NCBI RefSeq assembly: GCF_035084215.1
Contig: NC_090353.1
Coordinates: 36,394,001 to 36,458,000 of the forward strand
Source: Heptranchias perlo
Lineage: Eukaryota
Reading direction: 5' to 3'
DNA length: 64,000 nt
The notes below the pieces were generated by a model. The model was given only the letters and a program-made list of their open reading frames with translations. It was not told the DNA's origin and ran no database searches. The translations under genes and the position numbers were made by a program. Each line of letters starts with the position of its first letter. Positions within the stretch are counted from its first letter, which is position 1. Positions 23,680 through 36,805 of the stretch are shown here, one piece after another.

Positions 23680-24095
23680 ACCTAACCCGTGCTGTACCTG
23701 CCCTGGGAGTGTTTGATGGGACAGTGTGGAGGGAGCTTTACTCTGTATCTAACCCGTGCTGTACCTGCCCCGGGAGTGTTTGATGGGACAGTGTAGAGGG
23801 AGCTTTACTCTGTATCTAACCTGTGCTGTACCTGCCCCAGGAGTGTTTGATGGTACCATGTCGAGGGAGCTTTACTCTGTATCTAACCCGCGCTGTACCT
23901 GCCCTGGGAGTGTTTGATGGGACCTTGTAGAGGGAGCTTTACTCTGTATCTAACCCGTGCTGTACCTGTCCTGGGAGTGTTTGATGGGTCAGTCTAGAGG
24001 GAGCTTTACTCTGTATCTAACCCGTGCTGTACCTGCCCTGGGAGTGTTTGATGGGACCGTGTAGAGGGAGCTTTACTCTGTATCTAACCCGTGCT
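23680..24095 (-). repeat. 67-bp dispersed minisatellite, ~6 copies
   Basis: Same unit as 8477-8700, reverse orientation. Confidence 0.95.
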
Positions 24096-24239
24096 GTAGT
24101 GTTTGAATTGGAAAATGTCACATTCTCTAGAACTAACATCTCTGACCTCAAGGAGCTGAAAAATTACATTTTTGTTACACTTCCTTCTGCAACCTTCCTT
24201 CAAGCATCCTCAGAACACCTTATCAACTTAATTAGCACA

Positions 24240-24600
24240 TTGGAACAGGAGTAGGCCATTCAGCCCCTTGAGCCTGTTCCGCCATTCTATTGGCTGATGT
24301 TAACTCCTTTTACCCACCTTGGTTCTATATCCCTTAATACGCTTCCCTAACAAAAATCGATCAATCTCAGTTTTGAAATTTTCAATTGACCCCCAGCCTC
24401 AACAGTCTTTCTGGGGAGAGAGTTCCAGATTTCCACTCCCCTTTGTGTGAAGAAGTGCTTCCTAACATCACTCCTGAATGGCCTGGCTCTAATTTTAAGG
24501 TTATTCCCCCTTGTTCTGGACTCCCCCCACCAGAGGAAATAGTTTCTCTCTATCTACACTATCAAATCCTTTAATCATCTTAAACACCTCAATTGGATCA
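24240..24600 (-). mobile_element. CR1-type LINE 3' fragment
   Basis: Similar to 9360-9730 and 41130-41500. Confidence 0.8.
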
Positions 24601-24669
24601 CAAAAAGGGAGAGTCTGTGATCGAATGGAGAGCAGAAGTGATTAAACGACAAAAATGATCACAGATTAT

Positions 24670-24850
24670 CCCTTCACTTCCCACTTTTCCCTGGCTCTGG
24701 ACTGGTTTAAAAGCTGTTCATTTCTAACATCTTCCAGACCTGATGAAAGGCCATCGATCAGTAATGTTAACTCTGTTTCTCTCCCCACAGATGCTGCCCG
24801 ACCTGCTGAGTGTTTCCAGCATTTTCTGTTTTTATTTCAGATTTCCCACA
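24670..24850 (+). mobile_element. Degenerate Penelope-like terminal fragment
   Basis: Similar to 50220-50400, with decayed CTGATGA..GAAA core. Confidence 0.6.
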
Positions 24851-25604
24851 TCCACATATTTCCCTTTCTATTTCCCCTCCCCTTTCTCCCTCGAGTGTCG
24901 ACCTGATAGGATTAAAAAAATAATTGCCTGGTTCCGATAGGGAGAGGTTGGGACCAATTTGCGACCGAGGTCTCCAGGGATTAGAGAGGCCTCGAAACGG
25001 ATCCATCTCATCAACTGGGCAAGGACAGGACATGTGTGTCCGACTTTCAACAGCAAGGTAATAAATCAATTCGCTTTCACTCCTATTGTGAGAAACTCTT
25101 GATCCGTGCTTTAAACTCAAAAGCATCGTTCTCAATCGCAAGCAATGTTCTCAATTATTTATTGTAGTGAGCAGCCTGGTCACTGAATACAGGAGCTCTT
25201 ACTCTAACACTCTCTGACACAGCACTTACAATGCAGGTGGTTTCATTGTTGCCTGTGGAATCTTCTAGACCATCACATTCCTCTCCCCCCCCCTTCTCCC
25301 CTCCTCCCCCCTCCTCCTCCTCCTCCTCCTCCACCCTCGCTCCCATCCCGCCCGTTCAAAGCAGCTTCCATCTCAATCCCAGAGGGCCACATTGCAGATA
25401 ATGTGCTGTCAATCCAGGGAGAGAGATTTCACTGCAACACCACGAATGGTTTCACACATCAGGGCTGGCTGAAAAGGATCTTTTTACACCATCGTCTACC
25501 AATACTGGAAATCTCAATTTAAAAAAAAAAGTAGTAGGTGCTGGAAAAATGTACAAGCAGATTCTCTCAGTGAGGGGCAGAGAGGAGTTGATGCACTGGG
25601 TGTG

Positions 25605-25975
25605 AGGGGTTATCAAACCTTCCGGCATTAATTCCTGGAGACTCCAGGACAGAGATTAATCTCCAGGGCCCTCCTGCGAGCAACACCCGGGACAAAAATC
25701 ATAGCATTAAAAACCTCGTTTGTGTTTTTTCATTTTCTTTAAACACTTTATAAAAATATTGGAAATGGGGAAAAATGGCTGTTTGACCAACAGTGAAGAT
25801 TCATCCAATCAGAGTAACCAGGACTCCGTTCTTTTTCCAATTGGCCATGGGAAGGCGGGGCATCGCGAGGATGGACATGTCGGACGGCCAATGGCGGGAG
25901 TGGGGGGAGGGGCCGGTTGCAGGTCATGTGACACAACCCCCTGGACTATGACCAAGCAGAGTTGGCAGCCCCTCA
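25605..25975. mobile_element. Probable MITE, same family as 7575-8158
   Basis: Collinear similarity (GCAACACC(C/T)GGGA..., GGGAAGGCGG(G/A)GCATCGCGAGGATGGAC, CCAATGGCGGGAGTG). Confidence 0.55.
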
Positions 25976-26945
25976 CCGGGTAGAACCCTGCACCAGAGCT
26001 GGGAATGGTCAAGGGGAGAAGCCCCTTCACAGGAATGACTGACCAAAAGGAGGGGAAAGGGGAGGACAAGAGGCAAAAGTGAAGGGGACAGATATTTAAA
26101 TAAAGCAAGAATGAACTTGCATTTATATAGCACCTTTCATGACCTCAGGACGTCCTAAAGCACTTTATAGCCATTGAGGTACTCTTGAAGTGTAGTCAAT
26201 GTTGTAATGTAGGAAACACGGAGATAATCAGTGCACAGCAAGATCCCACAAACAGTAATGAGATAAATGACCAGTTAATCCATTTTAGTGACATTGGTTG
26301 TGGGATAAATATTGGCCCAGGACACCGGGGAGAACTCCCCTGCTCTTCCTCCAATAGTGGCCGTGGGATCTTTTACGTCCACCTGAGAGGGATAAACATT
26401 GGCCTACTCCTGCTCCTATTCCTTATGTTTTTTTTATTAATCCAAAGATAGCAACAAGACCAGGACCATGATGGGATAGCTGGACAATGCTCCATTGAAA
26501 AGGTTCTTGTGGTTAAATGAATACTGTCAAATCAGGTTGACCATCTGGAATTCTTTGAAAAACAGCGTTGTTAATCTATAAGAATCTTATGAGTGTTCCA
26601 TATATGGTGTGAGTTTTCGGTCAAGGGGGCATAAAAACCCAACGTCTTTTGAGCTCAGGGCAGAGGATCCAGCGAAGTTCACCCAGCTGTCGAAAGAACA
26701 CTTAGCTCTCTGAAGACGACACAGCTATCAAATAAACACCTGACTACCGGAACACAACGTCACTGTGGGAAAACTTGAAATGACCACGTTGGCAACTTAA
26801 TTACGAGCTCTGCCCAGAGATCAAACGGGATAATATTGTTTGATCTTTGTTGTTTAAATATTTGATACCCTTACATGTTTGATTTGACTATTAATAAATG
26901 AGACATTGATTACCAATTAGTGTCACCTCCGAATCTGTTCCAGAT

Positions 26946-26963
26946 TGGCGAGTCAGACAGGAA
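26946..26963 (+). promoter_or_regulatory. Primer binding site, tRNA-Arg(ACG)-like
   Basis: TGGCGAGTCAGACAGGAA versus TGGCGAGCCAGCCAGGAG (complement of vertebrate tRNA-Arg-ACG 3' end, from recall), 3 nt after the LTR end. Confidence 0.75.
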
Positions 26964-27252
26964 GTGTTGACATTAAATCAAACACCCAAAGGGAAAAATG
27001 TTTAAAATTCGACAGACTTGATTCGCTCACAATTTGATCACAAAAGATGTGAATCATTCAAATTCCAGAAGTAAGGTTTCGTTTAGTAGAAGTAATCATG
27101 GCAAGTGTCCACGAAATGTTAGAAAAAAAACTAAAAAAAGGAAACTAAAGGGGTCTGAGGAACCTGTGGAATTAATCTCCAAAGTAGTGGAGATGGATGA
27201 AGGTTATGAGACGGCCGGAGAACGGGTCAAGGAGCAAGTTTGAAATAAAAAG

Positions 27253-29092
27253 ATGAAGGAGAGAGTTGGTAAAAGGACCCTTATGGGGGCAGCAAACTTG
27301 TGTGCACTTAAGAGTGAGGGACGTATTGAACAATTAAAAGGGGAAAATAGGAAGCAGTTAGAGGAAATTAAGAGACAGTCAGAAGAAAACAAAAGGTTGA
27401 AAGAACGTCTGACCGGTGTCCTTACAATGCTGGAGAGTTTGCAGTTGGTCGCTAAAACTGCGCCAGCAGGGGGGCTACAGAGTCATAAAATATTACAAGA
27501 GAGAGATAGACCGACAGAGAAAAATAGGAGATTAGAGTCGGAACTCGTCGACTGTAGAGGGGGTTTAAGGGAGATTATATGAAGACCCATGAATTCAGTG
27601 GACCCCACATGGTGTAAGTTAATGACTCAGGAGTTACGGGGCAAATTGGGCCGATAAGGGGCTGTGGTGCCTGCTGCAACACGAGGAGTTATTGGAGGAA
27701 CAAAAGGTACAAATTGGAACCCAGACGGGGAAGGAGAGGTAGATTGGAATGATCTGGCAGGAGCAATGGGGATTGAGGATTGCCAAGGTTGGGAATTTAA
27801 CAGTCAATTTAGCGGCAATTGATACCAGCTCAATTGCTAAATTTAAATGTGAGATAGATAGCTTTTTGGCAACCAAAGGTATGAAGGGATATGGGCCAAA
27901 GGCAGGTATATGGAGTTAGATCACAGATCAGCCATGATCTTATCAAATGGCGGAGCAGGCACGAGGGGCTGAATGGCCTACTCTTGTTCCTGTGTCCTCT
28001 GAGTACGGAGGGCCCCCCCCTACCTGTGAATGTGATGACCACTAACCAGCGGGTGTAATGGGCAGGGTCACGTGACTGGTACAGTTTAGGAGGAGAAATC
28101 AATTTCCCCCCCTGAGGCACAGTCTCTGTCCCGGGAGCTAGGATCCATTCAGGACGCGCGAGAGGTGTCTCGCCGGATTAGATATTTGAATATGGCCCAC
28201 CAGGAATTGTCTAAAATATATCAAAAAAGGATAATATGGACCGCCTGCCAACAAACAATTAAGGTCTCCCTTAACCCCAATATCCATGTCCCTGCCACCC
28301 CCTCATGGGAGGTTAAACTCGATATTATGCACATATTGGGTCTGGATCAAATTAATGTCATTAGTTAATGTGGACAAACCACTCAGGGTCCACAGGAGCT
28401 CCCCCGAGCCTTTGGAAACAGTTTATGGACCTGTTTGAGCTGACTCAACCCAGAGGGGTAGGGGCCCCAAACCAGAGACTCCGAGGTGTTTAAAAACAGG
28501 TCGTCCTGTCTCAGTTACACCCACTGGTGAAGACCGCCCTCGGGGTAAGTGTCAATAAAATCACCCAGTGGATGAATCTCTTGGAGGTGGCAATTCAGGC
28601 CTGGGAAGCCCTAAGAGACCAAATGCCCAAAGATCCATGGAATAAATGATATCGGCCATAGAGGGACCGGTAGGTTGGGGTAATAGTGGGGGGAGTATGG
28701 TCAATGATAGGCGTAATGACAGGTGTTTCCGATGTCAGAAAATGGGCCATCATGCCGTGGGCTGCCAGAGTAATGTAGCGCCCCCTCGGGAGAGGAACAA
28801 TGGGGGAAATCCGTTCCCAACGCTCCAAAAACCGGGAGAGATAGAACAAAAATTAGATAAATGAATAACCATGACTCTCCAAAAACCAGGAAAGGTGGAA
28901 CAAAGGTTAGATAAATTAATAACCCTCCTGACTACCCAAAAACAGAAACAGACACAACAGTACCAAGAACAGTTGAGAGTTAAGAGAGATCGTATCTGTA
29001 CAATGACCCAAGCGGGTGGTGATGGAGACGAGGTAGATGGGAAGGGTTGGCAGAGGAGACTGCGAACTGTCGCTCCCCAGACAACACAATGA
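27253..29092 (+). pseudogene. Fragmented gag-like region of the ERV
   Basis: Coiled-coil-like ORF 27253-27582 and zinc knuckle CFRCQKMGHHAVGC in ORF 28646-28864; many stops, plus an inserted LINE fragment at ~27770-27990. Confidence 0.7.
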
Positions 29093-29769
29093 CACAAGGA
29101 GCCGATGATGAGAGTAAAGTAGATTGGGAAGGCTTCGATGAGGACAGCAAAATGGAAGTCGCAGAAGTCAAAGAATCATTGAAGCAAACTCAAAGCGTGT
29201 AACGGAGTAAAAGACCAGAAGGGAGAGAGGCAGTCGTCGAGGTTCTAGAAAGTGAACCGAGAAAGAGACTGGAACTCCTCGCTGGTTCCCCAGTTCCCCC
29301 CTTTCCATTCGTTATACTCCAGCCTTCCAGCAACGGAGGAGAAGGAGGAAACTTTTAAACAGGAGAGCCAATACAAGCCTGAGAAATGCCCTTTCCTGCA
29401 TGAAATTTTAAATCATAACAGAATTGAGTTAAGTCGGAAACATCAGAGATTGAAAATGAAGAAGAGAGATAAAGGTTAGATGATTTAAAACAGGGGGGAA
29501 AGTGAAAAGGGAAGATTCCGTTTCCCCTACTGTTACAAGCTACTGGATATTTCTTCAGTGTTTAGTGTACTGTCTCTTTAAGTGTACTGTCTCTTTAAGT
29601 GTACTGTCTCTTTAAGTGTGTTGCACTCTGCAGTGTGCAGGCTGCAGCTGGCTCCATTTCCTCTTTTTTCACAAAACTGAAGCAGCCTTCACCCTTTGTA
29701 GTGCTGGTCGTTTAATGGAAGCATTTCAAATCGTTGTGTTTTCTAAGCATAGTACCACTGTTAAATTTC

Positions 29770-30120
29770 TTTTTTTTAATTCGTTCATGGGATGTGGGCG
29801 TCGCTGGCGAGACCAGCATTTATTGCCCATCCCTAATTGCCCTTGAGAAGGTGGTGGTGAGCCGCCTTCTTGAACCGCTGCAGTCCGTGTGGTGAAGGTT
29901 CTCCCACAGTGCTGTTAGGGAGGGAGTTCCAGGATTTTGACCCAGTGACGATGAAAGAACGGCCGATATATTTCCAAGTCGGGATGGTGTGTGACTTGGA
30001 GGGGAACGTGCAGGTGGTGTTGTTCCCATGCGCCTGCTGCCCTTGTCCTTCTAGGTGGTAGAGGTCGCGGGTTTGGGAGGTGCTGTCGAAGAAGCCTTGG
30101 CGAGTTGCTGCAGTGCATCT
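29770..30120 (-). mobile_element. 3' fragment of the 11384-14606 LINE family, nested in the ERV
   Basis: Reverse complement of 14262-14600. Confidence 0.9.
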
Positions 30121-30854
30121 CATGTACAAGATGTCAAAAGAGTTTGGAGAATTATTCTACAGTTGCAGGACTGTGTCCTATTTTATGTCTGTGAGATCTG
30201 AGGTCGAAATCAAATGTTTTCTTTTCAATTCGGCAAAATTTCTTTAAATTGAGTTGAAATCTGTCTGAGTCTGGAGCTGCTGTGGTGAAGCTGGCTCCGC
30301 CTTCTTCTCAGTCAGTACTGCCATGAAGTTTTAAAATCATGTTGCCTTCTACAGAGTTAGTTCCACATTGGGGACGACTTTGACCCTGTGGGTCTATAGC
30401 CGTCCAACGGGGGATCTTAGTCGGTAGCAAAATACAGAGCGTCCAAGACCACAGACTGTTGAGACATCAGGTCAGGGTTGTGTAGGGTGTTCTACTCCCA
30501 GTCTCCAAAGAAACTGGAGGCAGAAGAAATAATTCTTTGTGCTTTCTCCACAGATGAAGCGAAATGGATAATGTGATATTAATTACATTTATTATTGGGG
30601 AGTATAAAATGACAGGGACTTAGAAACTGTAAAATGTGCCCTAAGTGAATAATGTCCAATTTACAGTATTGTGATAAATGCCCACAAGAGATGTGCAGAT
30701 AAAACGGGAACGAGAAGTAGGAAGTGAAAGATAACATAATGGGGGTAGAAACTCGACCAGAGGAGGGTATCTTCAGGACAAGACAATTACAGTCGGACCC
30801 TGTGCGATGGGTAGGTGCGATAACAGGGTATTGGGAACAGGAATATCAATTTGG

Positions 30855-31045
30855 AATGGGATAGATGTTCAGACAATAGAGAATGGGATAGATGTTGAGA
30901 CTATAAAGAATGGGATAGATGTTGAGACTATGAAGAATGGGATAGATGTTGAGACTATAAAGAATGGGATAGATGTTGAGACTATAAAGAATGGGATAGA
31001 TGTTGAGACTATGAAGAATGGGATAGATGTTGAGACTATGAAGAA
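30855..31045 (+). repeat. 27-bp tandem repeat (NGIDVET[I/M]K x7) inside the ERV internal region
   Basis: Direct reading; in frame in ORF 30807-31241. Confidence 0.9.
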
Positions 31046-33936
31046 GCATACGCGACATTATGAACATACACAGGTCAAACTGGTCAATGTACTAATCCGA
31101 AACGCAATCAGTGAGCGAGCACAGGAGGAACAATATACCGTCTATAACACGCACAACACTGCCAAGTTTTTCACTCAGACGCAGGATAAACTAAATGAGA
31201 TGATACACAAGGGAAATGAGCAAGGAAAGGGAATAGAATGAGCAACCATTTCTCCGGCATACGGAGCAGATGTCCTTTTGTTTATTGATCAAACACTGGG
31301 ATTTTTGATGCGAGTTGAAGTCCCGGATGTGTTAAGGGACTACGACCCTGTCCGCTGGTATTCGATGGGAAATGGGGAAACAAATGTGAGGGGTGAAGTT
31401 CCACCTGAATCAACAATCCGCAATCTGGGGGACGCTCCGATTCACCCAACGGGCCAAGTTAGGGATAAGAGTAAACCTCGATTTTTACCCTATCCTCACC
31501 CATCGTGGATATTATGACCCAAGTGTTTCCCGAATTGGCAGAATCACATTCTGTGGGATATTTAGAGGGAGAAGTGTAGAAGCAAAGGGTAAATTCGCTT
31601 CAGTTAATGTGTATGACAGGAAAACTGCATCATAGAAGGTGCCCAATTAGGATTGTTGGGTCAAGCAGGGGAGCCGATAGCTGGGCCGATGTGAGTATTC
31701 CCTTGCCCCAGGCCTGAGTGCAGACGGTGCAGACATGGTCTAAAATTGAGACTAAAACTTTAAAATGGGAGGCGCAGGAAAAGATGCATGAACGAACTCG
31801 TAGTGACGCAAACACAAGAGGCTTGTTATAATTTGCAGTCAGAGATTATTCCCGCTCTGTTAAATTTTTCCTTCTGTATCTTTTGTCTTCTGATTTATGT
31901 AATTGAATGTTTGTAGATTTTTAATCACACTAAGAGAAATTGTTCACAGTTTTACTAAGTGCAATCGGGAAGAGATTCAGGTGAACTCACAGAGACAATA
32001 GGATCGAGATTAAACAATGCAGAAGCAAATAGAGGGATTACTGAAAGGAATGAATAGGCAGATAGGGGACGTTATATCAGATCAAGGGGTGTCCCTGGTT
32101 TTAATAGAACGACTGGCAGAGAGACAGGTTGGGGATATTGACAATCATCCAGAATAACAAAGACTAAGGAACAACTGATCTTCAAGGCAATTATGTCTGA
32201 AAGGTTTTTACAATGATCAGATTCAAAAGAGGGTTAAATGCTCTGGAAAACAATTAAATCCCAAATTTTATACTGGACAAAGAAATAAAAATTTGGAAAT
32301 CAGATCGGAATGTGGATTTTATCACCAATCAGTGAATTATTCACTAAAGTGTGAAGAGTTGGATTGATGAATTTTGCCAGCAAGCCTTGCAAGCAGAGTG
32401 AGATTTCACGACTGATTCCCGTGGTAGTTGCAATATCGCTGCTATCTGCTGATGTAAAACCGAGATTGAAAGTGGAATCGATGGGCTTGATCGAGGATGA
32501 TATGTGTAAGGAATTTGTAAATCATCCGAAGATCGAAGGTATCAGTAAAGGGAAATAGAAGGGATCTGGATTGCTCCAAACACTTCCTGCTATCCCAGGA
32601 AAAGTGGATCCTGGTTGTGCAGATGTGATGTTTTACAAAGTGCACGGCCAGCTTGTGGTTTCACCCTGGATGAAGAATCCCCTAATTATACTACTGAATT
32701 TGAAAAGGACCAATGTGATTTATTCGGAGAGGAAGGTATTAGGTTACAATTAACAGGAGGCCCAACACAAAAGGCAGCGCCGTATCTCCAGTTTGATGGT
32801 TAACGTCTTGCTTTACACCAACCAGAATTACTAAATTGGGGCTAAGATATCGGTGCCTGTTTTGGCCACAATGATACAAAATGAAAGTAAACATTACCCT
32901 CCAGACAGAAAGCTTATGAGTGGTTGTAAAATTTGGCCGTAAAGTGTACTTAAACGTGCTATCGGGAACATTAGATGGAGGCGGGGCTGTTTAGGACTGA
33001 CAGGGCAACTTAAGAAGTTCCTGATTATACAAATCCTGGTTACCACATCCCTCAGAGTGTCTGCCTGCTGGGTCCACAGTGGGTCTCGGAGTTAAAACAG
33101 AATGTGCGTCATTCCAAACCATTCCCCCATTGGACCAGATTGATTAAATAAGTGAGGGGTCGAAGACTTTGTCTTCTCCTCCTCAAGGTGGGGAATCTTT
33201 AACAAGATCGGAAATAGGGAAAAAGTGACATCTTTTTCAGAATACTACGCACCATCATGCTGTACGGGCTGTGCAGCTTATTTTGCTGAATTATAAACTG
33301 TTAACCTTTGACCGGTGATTGACCCCGTCACCCTCCCTGCTGGACAGAGCAGCTATGTGATAAAAGAGGAACAATGACCAAAACAGACATTAATCCAAAG
33401 ATAGCGACAAGACCAGGACCTTGTTGCGATAGCTGGACAATGCAACCTTGAAAAGGGTCTCGTGATTAAATGAGTAACATCAAAACATCTGGAATTCTTT
33501 GAAAAACAGCGTCATTAATCTATAAGAATTTTATGAGTGTTGACCCATATATGGTGTGAGTTTCCGGTCAAGGGGGCATAAAAACCCAACGTCTTTTGAG
33601 CTCAGGGCAGAGGATCCAGCGAAGGTCACTCTGTCGAGAGAACACTGAGCTCTCTGAAGATGACACCGCAGTCGGAAGAACAGCTGACTACCGGAACACG
33701 ACCTCACTGCGGGAAAACTTGAAATGACCACATTTCCAACTTAATTACGAGCTCTGCCCAGAGATCAAACGGGGAAATATTGTTTTGATCTTTGTTGTCT
33801 AAATATTTGATACCTTCACATGTTTGATTTGACTATTAAATAAATGAGACATTGATTACCAAGTGGTGTCACCTCCGAATCTGTTCCAGTGTGTGGGTCA
33901 CACTGCTAGTGAGCGCCGAGTGTTCGAGCTGCTTAC

Positions 33937-34000
33937 CTTCCAACGTCTTCTTCTCCTCTGCCAGATGCAAATGTTTTATCTGTGCATTGACCAGTTCCTC
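33937..34000 (-). pseudogene. PLVAP: Downstream coiled-coil exon in the inverted partial PLVAP copy (EELVNAQIKHLHLAEEKKTLE)
   Basis: Mirror of 61996-62059 with intact AG/GT. Confidence 0.65.
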
Positions 34001-34036
34001 CTGTTTGGATGCAAAGCAATTAAATTGTTACAATCG

Positions 34037-34610
34037 GACAGGAGTGGGCCCAAGGCCTGGTGTTAGAGTGGGGCAGGAGTGGGCCCAAGGCCTGGTGTTA
34101 GAGTGGAACAGGAGCGGGCCTGAGGCCTGGTGTTAGAGTGGGGCAGGAGTGGGCTCGAGGCCTGGTGTTAGAGTGGGGCAGGAGTGGGCCCGAGGCCTGG
34201 TGTTAGAGTGGGGCAGGAGTGGGCTCGAGGCCTGGTGTTAGAGTGGGGCAGGAGTGGGCCCGAGGCCTGGTGTTAGAGTGGGGCAGGAGTGGGCTCGAGG
34301 CCTGGTGTTAGAGTGGGGCAGGAGTGGGCCCGAGGCCTGGTGTTAGAGTGGAGCAGGAGTGGGCCAAGGCCTGGTGTTAGAGTGGGGCAGGAGTGGGCCA
34401 AGGCCTGGTGTTAGAGTGGAGCAGGAGTGGGCCCTAGTCCTGGTGTTAGAGTGGAGCAGGAATGGGCCCTAGTCCTGGTGTTAGAGTGGAGCAGGAATGG
34501 GCCCTAGTCCTGATGTTGGAGTGGAGCAGGAGTGGGCCCGAGGCCTGGTGTTAGAGTGGAACAGGAGTGGGCCTGAGGCCTGGTGTTAGAGTGGAGCAGG
34601 AGTGAGCCGA
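34037..34610. repeat. 35-bp minisatellite (GGAGTGGGCCCGAGGCCTGGTGTTAGAGTGGGGCA)n; partner 61000-61960
   Basis: Period 35; copy number differs between arms. Confidence 0.95.
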
Positions 34611-34919
34611 GTCAGACAGGACACTATCAGCATCAGATAGTGTCCTCACGATCAGGGATTTGAACCGTCGTAACCTTGAAAACTTTTACTGAGTTTGCCT
34701 CGACGTTCACTCTTTCCCAACTACTGTAGAACAAAACCAACTCACTCAGCCTTCCCTCACAACGTACATTCCCCACACCCAGAATCATTTCCATTCTCTG
34801 CCTCTAAGGATGTATCCAATTAATACCTTCCCTGTGAATCAGTGATGGGGTCTGATCCATGCCTTGTACTCACACAGTGCAACCTCTTCTGGATTGGTAA
34901 TGGGCCTGTAAAAGGCTCA

Positions 34920-36805
34920 TGAATTTCAATATAGAAAAGTGTGAGGTGGTGCATTTCAGTAGGAAGAATAAGGGGGCCACATACTCCTTGGATAATAAGA
35001 GTCTAAATAGGGTCGAAGAGTAGAGGGTTCAGGGGGTACAGATACACAAATCACTAAAAGTAGCGACGCAGGTTAATAAGGCCATAAAAAAGCAAACCAA
35101 GCACTGGGATTCATTAGAGGGATAGAATTGAAAAGCAGAGAAGTTATGTTAAACTTGTACAGAACCTTGGTTCGACCACACTTGGAGTATTGCAAACAGT
35201 TCTGGTCTCCATATTATAAAAAGGGATATCAAGGCACTGGAGAAGGTACAAAGAAGGTTTACTCGGATGATACCAGAACTGAGAGGTTATACCTATCAGG
35301 AAAGATTGAACAGGCTGGGGCTCTTTTCTCTAGAAAAGAGGAGATTGGGGGGGTGACCTGATAGAGGTCTTTAAGATTATGAAAGGGTTTGATAGGGTAG
35401 ACGTACAGAAGATGTTTCCACTTGTGGGGGAGACCAGAACCAGGGCCACAAATATAAGATAGTCACCAATAAATCCAATAGAGAATTCAGGAGAAATGTC
35501 TTTACTCAGAGAGTGGTGAGAATGTGGAATTTGCTACCACAAAGAGTAGTTGAGGTGAATAGTGTAGATGCATTTAAGGGGAAACTGGATAAGTACATAA
35601 GGGAGAAAGGAATAGAAGGAAAGACAGAGGGTGGTTGTAGAGGGTTGTTTTTCAAACTGGAGGCCTGTGACCAGCGGTGTGCCTCAGGGATCGGTGCTGG
35701 GTCCACTGTTATTTGTTATTTATATTAATGATTTGGATGAGAATTTAGGAGGCATGGTTAGTAAGTTTGCAGATGACACCAAGATTGGTGGCATTGTGGA
35801 CAGTGAAGAAGGTTATCTAGGATTGCACCGGGATCTTGATAAATTGGGCCAGTGGGCCGATGAATGGCAGATGGAGTTTAATTTAGATAAATGTGAGATG
35901 ATGCATTTTGGTAGATCGAATCGGGCCAGGACCTACTCCGTTAATGGTAGGGCGTTGGGGAGAGTTATAGAACAAAGAGATCCAGGAGTACAGGTTCATA
36001 GCTCCTTGAAAGTGGAGTCACAGGTGGATAGGGTGGTGAAGAAGGCATTCAGCATGCTTGGTTTCATTGGTCAGAACATTGAATACAGGAGTTGGGATGT
36101 CTTGTTGAAGTTGTACAAGACATTAGTAAGGCCACACTTGGAATACTGTGTACAGTTCTGGTCACCCTATTATAGAAAGGATATTATTAAACTAGAAAGA
36201 GTGCAGAAAAGATTTACTAGGATGCTACCGGGACTTGATGGTTTGACTTATAGGGAGAGGTTGGATAGACTGAGACTTTTTTCCCTGGAGAGTAGGAGGT
36301 TAAGGGGTGATCTTATTGAAGTCTATAAAATAATGAGGGGCATAGATAAGGTAGATAGTCAAAATCTTTTCCCAAAGGTAGGGGAGTCTATAACGAGGGG
36401 GCATAGATTTAAGGTGAGAGGGGAGAGATACAAAAGGGTCCAGAGGGGCAATTTTTTCACTCAAAGGGTGGTGAGTGTCTGGAACGAGCTGCCAGAGGCA
36501 GTAGTAGAGGCGGGTACAATTTTGTCTTTTAAAAAGCATTTGGACAGTTACATGGGTAAGATGGGTATAGAGGGATATGGGCCAAGTGCAGGCAATTGGG
36601 ACTAGCTTAGTAGCATAAACTGGGCGACATGGACATGTTGGGCCGAAGGGCCTGTTTTCATGTTGTAAACTTCTATGATTCTATGATATGCTGATAGGGT
36701 GAGATGAAGTAGGGAGGGAGGAGGCTCGTGTGGAGCATAAACACCAGCACAGACCAGTTGGGCCGAATGGCCTGTTTCTGTGCTGTACATTCGATGTAAT
36801 TCTAT
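34920..36805 (+). mobile_element. Older CR1-type LINE fragment interrupted by a younger CR1 insertion
   Basis: Uninterrupted counterpart at ~59875-60690 (-). Confidence 0.85.
35621..36686 (+). mobile_element. Young 5'-truncated CR1 LINE (RT C-terminal half, open frame 35631-36605)
   Basis: GVPQGSVLGP, FADD, QWADEWQMEFN; (TTCTATGA)n tail; absent from the right arm. Confidence 0.92.

Larger units (their letters stand above)
26436..33888 (+). mobile_element. Degenerate endogenous retrovirus/LTR element, antisense within a PLVAP intron
   Basis: Two diverged direct LTRs (26436-26942, 5'-truncated; ~33196-33888) ending CA with AATAAA; PBS after the 5' LTR; CCHC zinc knuckle; purine tract at 33185-33195. 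Confidence 0.88.
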
